From: Rhynchopus sp. YZ270_cl-10
Lineage: Eukaryota
Reading direction: 5' to 3'
DNA: 64,000 nucleotides
Assembly: GCA_964035575.1 (NCBI GenBank)
Contig: OZ037840.1
Coordinates: forward strand, 1,488,001 to 1,552,000
The notes beneath the pieces were generated by a model that saw only the letters and a list, made by a program, of their open reading frames with translations, searched no databases and was not told the DNA's origin. Made by a program: the position numbers and the translations under genes. Within the stretch, counting starts at the first letter, position 1. The number at the start of each line of letters is the position of its first letter. Positions 12,491-21,181 of the stretch are shown piece after piece.

Positions 12491-12606
12491 AAAGAACTAA
12501 TATGAACCTCTTCCTCTCTGATGACTGAGGAGGGTCTTCGGACCCTGGCCGCGTGAGGTTCTTAGTTTTTCGCAGGTCAGAGGATTAGCGGCCGAAACCT
12601 GCAAAA
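12491..12606 (+). ncRNA. Candidate hammerhead-like ribozyme with non-canonical strand order
   Basis: CUGAUGA 12518-24, GUC 12576-78 and GAAA 12594-97 with three 6-bp helices: TCCTCT/AGAGGA, GGCCGC/GCGGCC, GCAGGT/ACCTGC. Also a C(UUCG)G hairpin and an outer stem. Confidence 0.4.
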
Positions 12607-13739
12607 CACACAAACATTTACAGACAGCACAAGGCATGGATTAAATCGTCATCTCAAAAAGTAACGTACCTTGTCTTAACGACCCTTGGTCATGCTGCAA
12701 AAGTAAACAAACAAATAAGCAAAAAAGTACAAAATAAAGTAGCAAAAGCAAAAACAAAACAAAACAAAACAAACTTTCAAACCCCCCACAAAAAAATCTC
12801 TGCGACCAGGGAAGACATTGGGCACATAGTGAACTGTATATTTTTTTTTTGCGGAGCAAAAAAAAACAATATACATGGCGCCGCAGGCGAAAAATTTTTT
12901 GGGTACGGTGTAAATGTATAGCTTTTTACACCACGCCGAGGAAACACCTCAAACCCAGCTGAAAAAACTGACCCCCCCCACCGGCCCAAATTTCCGGAGA
13001 AAATTTGGGGGGGGGTCACTGACCCCCCCAACCGGCCCAAAAAATACACTGCGTGGGTTGTTTGAAAGATTACTTAGGAAGGAAGGAGCACTTAGTGGGG
13101 AGTAGTGTAAATGGAAACAAGGCGAGATCATGAGAGAGGGGCCAGGCTGATTTACCAAATGCCGTGTGGTAGATTATTTTTTATTCTTCCCCCCTCAGTG
13201 CCTGCGTCCCGACGTTTGCTCTATCAACTTCAATTTTTTCTTTTCCCGCGCACTATTTTTTGAGCGGAAAGTGTCAATGTCGTTCACTCACCCAACCCCC
13301 GCAACACAACAGATGAGAGAGCAAACAAACTACAAGAAGGGGTGAGGGAACGACAAAGTGACACCTTTTTCTTTATTTCCCCTCCCCAGACGACGTGGCG
13401 CCAGGCCTTCTCACCTCGCAAAATGTTTGTTTTTGTTTTCATTTATTTCCACTGCATCTCGTTTTCCTGTTGCCCAATCTTTCCTCATCTGTCGCACTCT
13501 TCCTCTTTGCTGAGTTTTTTTTACATTTTTTTTTCCCCGCTTCTTTCCTTTCACATTTTTTTTTTGTTTTTTTCATGGATGTATAAAAATTTTTCAGTTG
13601 CAAAAAAACAAAAAAATGAGGGCAAAAAAAGAGGAGACGACGCTCCTGGTGGATGACCCTCCATCTTTCATATTTCGATTGAAAATAATAATCATTTTTT
13701 CGCTTCTTTCCTTTCACATTTTTTTTTTTTGAACTCTTT

Positions 13740-14437
13740 CAGGGTTTCCGCCAGGATTTGGGGTTTCAGGAATTGGGGGGGACCATCAAAAAGACCCCTC
13801 AAAAAAAATTTTTCTCCCCGCAAAAGCGGTCGTCGCGCGCTTCGCGCGCGCCTCCCTGCAGGCCACAGAGTGGAGAGGCGAAGGGTGCACCAGGTTTGAT
13901 AGCAGCCATGTCAAGCTTCACAGCTGTGTTGTCTGGTAGAGGTGGTTTGTTTGGAGGTCGGGGGTGGAAGCTTAACAAGGTAAGGGGTCCTGTGAGAGTG
14001 GAGGGTAATGGTGTTTGCTTTTTCTATTGTATGGTGCTACAGTCATTACAGTGCTGCAGTGGGAACATGTAATAACTACCCGTCGCTTGCACCGAAGCCT
14101 CCTTAGAAAAAGGGGCAATGCACGGAAGTATCGATGGAAGTTATTCAATATCACATAGCTAGCAACACAGCGCCGCAGGCGCACGGTACGCTACTTTTAC
14201 CCTTTTTTTAAAAGATTGCACCACCCCCTTTTTCTTCCACTTCTTCTGGCACAGCGAGCCAAATGCTCTGCACGGTGGGGTCGCATGACCACGGGGGATC
14301 ATCTACAACCTCCAAAACCCCATTTTTCTTGGGGGGGACCATGGTCCCCCCCAAACCCCTGTAAAAATCCGGATTTTTCTGGGAAAAATATTGGGGGGGT
14401 CCATGGTCCCCCCCGGTCCCCCTTGGCGGAAACCCTG
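13740..14437. mobile_element. Non-autonomous DNA transposon (hAT-like MITE), 14-bp TIR, 6-bp TSD
   Basis: CAGGGTTTCCGCCA ... TGGCGGAAACCCTG, flanked on both sides by CTCTTT. Confidence 0.85.
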
Positions 14438-15645
14438 CTCTTTCTGACCCCATATCAGTTGGATTGGTTTGTGCTATAGCCTTTCCCAGATTTGCACGGC
14501 AGAAAGAATATCTCCATCAGTCTAGATTACTTCACAACAAAGTGTTGCTCCATTGTTGGTGTGGCTGAAAGGGGGTGCTATTTTCTGCTATTTTAGGGTC
14601 GTCAGCCACACCAATTATGTTCCAATTATCCCCGTTGCACGCGAGAAGGAGCGGGAGGTGGAGGATAATATCAATAAACAATGTATAGCCGGAGAAAAAT
14701 GGAAGTCAGCTAGCAGAGCGTGGCCTGGAGTGGTCATATTCTGTTGTTCAATACGCTATTTTTTTTTACCAAAGTTTTCTTTAAAAAAAGAGCAAAAAAA
14801 CTTTGTTTTCCCCTAGAATGTATTTTACTTTACTGGGATCTCTCTTTTCTAATGTTTTTTTTTTTGTGTAAGGTGACTAAGCGTGAGAGGTCTTAGGTTC
14901 ATCTTATAAACTCTTTTTTTTAAAGATCTGCAAACAGGGCATTTTTTTTTTGCCCATTTTTCTCTCTTTCTTTCAGCAGACCGCCATCCCAGTGTTCATC
15001 CCTCCCCCCACCACGCACTATATATTTTTTCTTTCAATATCCCAATTATTTTATGTTCGTTTTCTTTTTTTCTTCTTCTTCTCTTTGCAAGCATAGTATC
15101 ACATATAAATTTCAAGTATTTTCTTTTTTTTTTCAACTCTCTTTCGCTTTCCCCTCCCCGCAACCACTGCTTTTGAAGTTCATCCCCCCACTCTTTTTCT
15201 TTTTCTTTTTCTTTTGGACTTTATTCACTCCCCTAAACCATCACAATTAGTTTCGATTTTCCTGCAGTTTTTTTTTTTTTTTTTGTTTTTTGTTTTTCTT
15301 TTTGCTGTGCGTCACACCTCGCTCACGAAAGGATATGTCGAATAGCACCAATGCTTCAACTTTTTCTTCACTTTTCTCCCCCTCTTTCCCCCCCTTTTTT
15401 TCCCCCACATTTTCAAAAATTTTGCAACACAAAAAAAAAAGGATTAGATGTATCTGTGTAGGACGTCCTTTGTACTTTTCTCATTTGATATATGGCTGCG
15501 TCCATAAACCCCCCAGGGCAGATGCAGAGACAAAGAAGTGCACCTACCTCTCGACTTACAAAGTACTACAATGAAATGCAATACAAAACAAACAGAGTAG
15601 CAAAAACAAAAACAAAAACGACAAAGTTGAAACAAACTTCTTCAA

Positions 15646-15727
15646 ACCCCCAGGGCAGAGGCTAACTTCTACGCTTCCTTATATCCCAATAATTAGGAAG
15701 CTCAGAAGTTAGCATCTGCCCTGGGGT
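15646..15727. repeat. ~80-bp hairpin (24-bp arms, 1 mismatch), probable MITE remnant
   Basis: ACCCCAGGGCAGAGGCTAACTTCT / AGAAGTTAGCATCTGCCCTGGGGT with inner GCTTCCT/AGGAAGC. Confidence 0.7.
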
Positions 15728-16063
15728 GGGTGGTGGCTGAAGGGGGGGGTGATTCGCACTTCTTGCGCACTTTTCCCTCATGCACAACAATTTTTTTGAG
15801 GGCTGATTCGCACTTTTGGCGCCGTCCATTCAGCCACACCATAAACAGTATTTTTTTTTCAAGGTGACCAAGTAGAGAGGCTCAGGTTCATCTTATAAAC
15901 TCTTTTTTTGTTGTGTCAGTTCCCCAACCTCAAGACTTACAACTCCATTTTTTTTTCCGGCTTTGGGCGCACAAAAAACCCGATCTTTTTTTTGGCGCTT
16001 TTTTACATAATTTCAAAGAACCGTACTCCTTACGTCGTTCTATCTAGACCACCTATTTTTCGC

Positions 16064-16104
16064 AAGGTGACTAAGCACGAGAGGCTCAGGGTCATCTTAT
16101 AAAC
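16064..16104 (+). repeat. Representative copy of a ~40-nt hairpin family (nine copies, all +)
   Basis: AAGGTGACTAAGCACGAGAGGCT(T/C)AGG(T/G/A)TCATCTTATAAAC. Related copies start at about 3691, 8615, 9477, 14870, 15861, 16064, 35891, 36070 and 50990. Confidence 0.85.
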
Positions 16105-17086
16105 CTTTCTTTTTTTTCTTTTGCAAACGTGTCTGCGTTTTTGGTAGTATTCCCTATATGGTTTGCACGTTACAGAGAGACGTAATAGCTCGGCTAGCAC
16201 TCCTTTTTTTTTCTCCTTCTCTCTCAACGAAAGAGGAAACGCTGGGCAAGATCCAATCTGTTGTTTAAAGTATTATCTTTCCCTCCTCTTTGTTGAGTTC
16301 CTTTTTTTTTGTTTTTGTTTTTTTGTTATTTTTTTTTTTTACTGGTTTTCTTCCTTGCTTTCGTATTTTTTGTTTTCTTTATCTATGTGGATCCCCCCCA
16401 GTGAACCGTTAGGGACCCCGCTCTGCCGTGGCAGTCGTGGTTAGCGTTGTCATGTTTGTCTGTAGCACACAAGTAAGAAGAGAGACTCTAGGTCTCATTG
16501 GCGTCTGTTTCTCAAAAGTTTGGTTGTTGTTCTACTCTTGTGGGTTGCCGTTAAACGGAAGCGCCTCCCCATTTACCACGAAAATCGGGGGGAACATACA
16601 GGCTGCACAGATCTCCCCCCACTATGTGGCAGTCGAGCCTTGTTACGTGGCTCCCTGGCCTGACTGCGAACTCCGCGCAACCTCACACGAGGTTAACCAC
16701 GGAGTCAAAAGGAAAAAAAAAATATGTTAAAAAAAAAAAAAATTTATAAAGTGCACCCAAGCCCCGGGGCCTGGGCACTTTATAAATTAAAAGGAAAATC
16801 AATGATTTGTTTTTTTTTGTTTTTTTTTTTTTTGCTTTTTTTTTTTTTTTTTTTTTTTTGTTTTTTTTCTGTTTTTTTGTTGTTTTTTTTTTTTTGAAAA
16901 GTAAAAAGTATGTATGAAAGTGTAACACACGTCTTCGTAGAAGACGGCGTTCCGCACATGTATTGTCTTCGCAACCGTCAGTTGCGCTGGTCGTGGTGCC
17001 GCAGGTACATCCTGGGCTTGCTTTTTGTTCGTGGTTTTTTTTTTTTTTCCTTGTCTTTATTGTTTCAAGTTTTGGCCGGCGTCTCC

Positions 17087-20000
17087 TCAGTAGGTGTTGC
17101 TCCGCACGAGTTCAGGCAGGCTGGCCTCTGTCAGTTTTGCCGCGCTGATGTACTTCAGGCACAACTGGGGTTGCTCTAGCAGTAAGAACTTGAGCGACTT
17201 GTTTGGCAGTAGGTCTGTCCTTAGTGCCTTGGTGGCTGAACACACTTTGAACATGTGTTTCAGTGTCGCCTTTGCTTTTGCCGTGCAGTTGTTGCAGCGT
17301 GCCACGTCGTTGCTGCCCATGTAGTCGAACAGCGCAGGGTGGCGCTCTGTCCGCAGCAGTCTCATCTGCACTGCTCCCCGCCGCGTGAGCTCCGGTGTGC
17401 TCAGCTTGGGTCGCGACACTCCCTTCGGGGTGTCCGCCGTGATCGTGCTGTAGAGTTCGCTCGCCGGTTGGGGTGTGTAGCTGGAGCAGACTGCGCGTAT
17501 CGCCGCTTTGCACGCGAGGAGCGTGAGTGGTTCCTCTTGTAGGCGGCCTTTTTGTGATGCCCGTTCTGCTTGGTACGTGGCCGTACCTAACTTGGCTTCG
17601 TGGTCCGCTTCCTCATTTCCACTCACCCCCACATGTGACGGGATGTACTGCATGATCACCCGCACCTTGGTTGTAGCCCGGTGTAGTGCCGACCACACGT
17701 CGCAGAGAAGTCCCGTAGCCTTCACCGGACCTGTCTCCAACGCACGTAGTGCTGACTGGCTGTCTGTGAGGATTACCACCGTGTTGTGTTTGTGGTCTGT
17801 GCGGTGCAGTTCCTCCACCATCGGAAGTGCCTCTCTGATGGCCACCAGCTCGGCGGTGTACGATATGCTCATCCGCCCTGCTCCGACGTTGGCTGTCGCT
17901 ATTTCTTTGTCGCTGTCTCCCGGGTAGACCACAATGCCTGCACCCCCGTGGCCTCGTCCGCCTTCCACCGACCCGTCTGTGTAGACGTGAAGGTCCGCTG
18001 GTGGCAGCTCTGCGATGGTCTGCTCTGTCAAGCTTCTCGCCTCTGCGTCCGTCTGCGTGCCCTTCTTGAAGCCAGCCACGTAGGGCCGGATGTCGACCTT
18101 GGGGAGGACCTCCTTCCAGCGCCAGGGTGCCACCGGGTAGTGTGTCTGGGACATCGCTGGTTGGTCGTGGCGGTACATCTTCGTCTGTTCCACTGTGTCC
18201 TTCGCCGACCGTAACCAGGTCAGTTTCGTATCGCTTGAATGCATTGCACACTCTGCTGGGGTCTCCAGTTGTCGACGTGCACGTTCGTACAGGGCTGCTG
18301 CATCGAATTCGACGTGCTCTCGTATCTTCCTCAGGTGTGCTTCCCAGAGTAGGTCCTCTGCTTTGGTGTAGTAGTTACACCCGGTGATGACCCTCGCCCC
18401 CCTTCGGTGGAGTACTTCCAGAGTTTCAAGGCCTGCCTCATTTAGCGCTGGTCCCCACACCGCCAGTGCATACGTTATGGTCGGGAGCACGTACGTCATG
18501 TACACCTGTCTCAGCATGTGGGCATCGCACCCCCAGTCCCGTCCAGCCATGAGCTGGATCAGAGAAAGTTTTTTGAGGAACTTCGTCTTCACCGCCGCCA
18601 GTTGTGGCTGCATCGTCAGTGCGTCATCCAGTTCCACCCCCAGGTAACGGACCGTCTGCGCACGGTTCACCACTGCTCCGTCTGCGTACTTCACTTCGCA
18701 CTTAGCTTTTCTGATGTCGGCACGATCGCCCTTCTCGGTCACTGGCATCACGAAGGTTTTCCTGCGGGATATCGTGAATCCAAGTTTGGGGAGGTGTTCC
18801 TCTAGCAGTGTAAGGACCTTCTGTATCGCCGCTGTTGCTTCCTCCAGTGTGCGCTCCGTACACATGATGGCCAGGTCGTCAGCGAAGATGCAGAAGTGGG
18901 CCGTCGTTCCTTCCAGGATCTCTGCCACCTCCGTCATCACCAGATTGAACAGTAGTGGTGAGAGCACTGTGCCCTGGGGAACACCCTCCCGCATCACGTA
19001 TTCCTCGCTCCGTGTTCCTTCCACCGTTGTCCTTGCCGTTCTGTGCTTCAGGTAATCCGTGAGCCACCTGATGTATCGCTCTGGTACCTGGTGTTGGTGG
19101 AGCCTTTCCAGAATTTTCCCCCGTTTAACCTTGTCGTAGGCCTTGTCGAGGTCCAGCGTCAGAATGATGGGGACTTCTTTCTTCGCTGCGGAGTCCTTAG
19201 CCAGCTGCGTGATGTAGGCCAGGTTGTCCACGGCGGAACGGAAGCGTCTGAATCCTGTCTGTTTGGGATGTAGGTTCTGTGTGGCCTCGTTTGGGTCTTC
19301 CATCAGCTGGAGCAGTCTGTTCGCTAGCACGTGTTCCATCACCTTACTCACGGTACTCGTCAGGGCTATCGGCCGGTAGGATTCGAGGTCTTCCTCTGGC
19401 TTCCCTTGTTTGTGGATAGGGAAAAGTATGGCCTTCTTCCATTCTTTGGGTAGTTGCCCCTGCTTCCACGAGAGGTTCATGACATGTAGAAGCCCTTTTT
19501 TTGCGGCGGGTCCGAGGTGCATCAACATCTCGTTGTGTATCCCATCCGCTCCAGGTGACTTTCCTGCTTCTAGGACGTTCAGTGCGGCGTCCAGCTCCTC
19601 CAGTGTCAGGGGTGCTTCAGCTCCTTGGGATCCTGCCGTAGTTTGCTGCTCCGCATCCGGTAGGCCTGTGCCGTCACTCACGCTGCAGTAGTGCTCCCCC
19701 AGTGCGTCCGCCTTCTCCTTGTTGGTGGAGAGCTGTTGTTTTTCCTGTTGTCCCTCTTTTTTTACTTTTATGGGGTACGACTGCGCCTTGTCCGCCCGTC
19801 CGTCCAACTCGCGCAGCAGCCTGAAGGCCCCGGAGGTTGCTACTGCCTTGGTGCACTTGTCCTCCCACACCTCTCTCTTCGCCTTCCGTATCGCATTGGC
19901 CGTCTGCCGCCGGAGTTCCGTGAGTGCGTCCCCGTCGGCCACGGTCAGGGTCTCCTCCTTCTGCTGTCTGCGGAGTTCTCTGTCTCGTTGCTTCTGGGCC

Positions 20001-21073
20001 TTCTTCACCGCACCGTTGCACCAGCGTCGCTTCTTCTTCCTTGCCTTGCCTCTGGGGATGTGCCTCCTCGCGATGTTCTTCACCATCCCTGCCCACTTGG
20101 CTGCTGCGGTGCTGATCGAGCCCCACTTCATTGCGTCTGGCGAACTGCGCTCCATCTCCTTGGTGAAGCCTGCCCAGTTCGCCTTCTTCCAGTTCCACAG
20201 CTCTTTTTTGAGTTTCACCTCAGGATGTGTTGGAGGTGTTTGGGCGTTCGCTTGCACTTCAAACTCTATCGGCAGGTGGTCGGAGTTGAGCGTTTCCCGT
20301 GTTTGCCAATTGGGGTCGGCCCAGTCTCTGTCTGCGAAGACCACATCTGGTGACGTTTTGGTACCGCGCTGGATCCGCGTTGCTTCCTTCTTGTTCCAGC
20401 ATCGCATGTTGTTCCCCAACGCCCAGTCGTGTAGGTCAGTTCCCGTTTGGTTGGGAATTTTCGCCTGACTCCACGCCTGGTGATGTGCGTTGATGTCCCC
20501 TGCGATCACGCAGCCCTCTCCCGTTGGCAGATCCTGTGTTGCGAAGTCATCCTCTCTCTGGTCCCCCTTCTGTAGACCCACCCCGCTCGGCCGGTACACA
20601 TTCGTGAAGAGCACGCCCTCCACAATCACATCCAGCCTCTCTGTGGTCTCCCACGCTTCGAAGGGTTGTTCTGTCGCACGCAAGTTCTTCTTCACCAGTG
20701 TCGCAATCCCTCCCCCATGCGTCTCGCTGATGTCTTTTTTTCGAGCTACCGTTCGCACCCGCAGGAAAGTCCTGTACCCGTCAAAGTTCAGCTTGCCCGT
20801 TTGCGCCGCCATGAGTTCTTGGAGGTGTACTACATCGTACTTCTCCTTCTCCAGGACCTGCTTCAGCTCCCCTTTCTTCGGGCCCGTCAGCCCCCCCGCA
20901 TTCCAACTCATGCAGCGAAGGGTTCTTGGTTTTGGTCCTTGCTCTGGTTCTGGCTCTGGTCCTGGCTCAGGCTCGATGCCGTCCTCTAGCAGTTGGTTGC
21001 TCTTGATGGTGGAGGAGGTCTTGTCGAGTGTGGGGTCTGTGTTCGGTCGACCTGAGTGGTGTTGATGAGTCAT
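17087..21073 (-). CDS. LINE ORF2: AP endonuclease, reverse transcriptase, RNase H, C-terminal Cys/His motif
   Basis: APE: MSWNAGGL, LQE, NVYRP, GDINAH, SDHLPI. RT: KSPGADG, YRPIALTS, QTGFR, LDLDKAYD, GVPQGTVLSPLLF, FADD, YLG. RNase H: YTDGS, AELVAI, TDSQSA, PSHVGVSGNEEAD. C-terminal CNNC..H..C. Frame open up to 21181, so the start is uncertain. Confidence 0.95.
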   Translation of the reverse strand: MTHQHHSGRPNTDPTLDKTSSTIKSNQLLEDGIEPEPGPEPEPEQGPKPRTLRCMSWNAGGLTGPKKGELKQVLEKEKYDVVHLQELMAAQTGKLNFDGYRTFLRVRTVARKKDISETHGGGIATLVKKNLRATEQPFEAWETTERLDVIVEGVLFTNVYRPSGVGLQKGDQREDDFATQDLPTGEGCVIAGDINAHHQAWSQAKIPNQTGTDLHDWALGNNMRCWNKKEATRIQRGTKTSPDVVFADRDWADPNWQTRETLNSDHLPIEFEVQANAQTPPTHPEVKLKKELWNWKKANWAGFTKEMERSSPDAMKWGSISTAAAKWAGMVKNIARRHIPRGKARKKKRRWCNGAVKKAQKQRDRELRRQQKEETLTVADGDALTELRRQTANAIRKAKREVWEDKCTKAVATSGAFRLLRELDGRADKAQSYPIKVKKEGQQEKQQLSTNKEKADALGEHYCSVSDGTGLPDAEQQTTAGSQGAEAPLTLEELDAALNVLEAGKSPGADGIHNEMLMHLGPAAKKGLLHVMNLSWKQGQLPKEWKKAILFPIHKQGKPEEDLESYRPIALTSTVSKVMEHVLANRLLQLMEDPNEATQNLHPKQTGFRRFRSAVDNLAYITQLAKDSAAKKEVPIILTLDLDKAYDKVKRGKILERLHQHQVPERYIRWLTDYLKHRTARTTVEGTRSEEYVMREGVPQGTVLSPLLFNLVMTEVAEILEGTTAHFCIFADDLAIMCTERTLEEATAAIQKVLTLLEEHLPKLGFTISRRKTFVMPVTEKGDRADIRKAKCEVKYADGAVVNRAQTVRYLGVELDDALTMQPQLAAVKTKFLKKLSLIQLMAGRDWGCDAHMLRQVYMTYVLPTITYALAVWGPALNEAGLETLEVLHRRGARVITGCNYYTKAEDLLWEAHLRKIREHVEFDAAALYERARRQLETPAECAMHSSDTKLTWLRSAKDTVEQTKMYRHDQPAMSQTHYPVAPWRWKEVLPKVDIRPYVAGFKKGTQTDAEARSLTEQTIAELPPADLHVYTDGSVEGGRGHGGAGIVVYPGDSDKEIATANVGAGRMSISYTAELVAIREALPMVEELHRTDHKHNTVVILTDSQSALRALETGPVKATGLLCDVWSALHRATTKVRVIMQYIPSHVGVSGNEEADHEAKLGTATYQAERASQKGRLQEEPLTLLACKAAIRAVCSSYTPQPASELYSTITADTPKGVSRPKLSTPELTRRGAVQMRLLRTERHPALFDYMGSNDVARCNNCTAKAKATLKHMFKVCSATKALRTDLLPNKSLKFLLLEQPQLCLKYISAAKLTEASLPELVRSNTY

Positions 21074-21181
21074 CCTTGGGTGTGCGTGGGTCTTCCACTT
21101 GTACGGAAGCAAAAAAGGCAGTAGCAGCAGCAGCACACTATCCAGCATTAACCACACCAACAGCAACACCAGACACAACAG

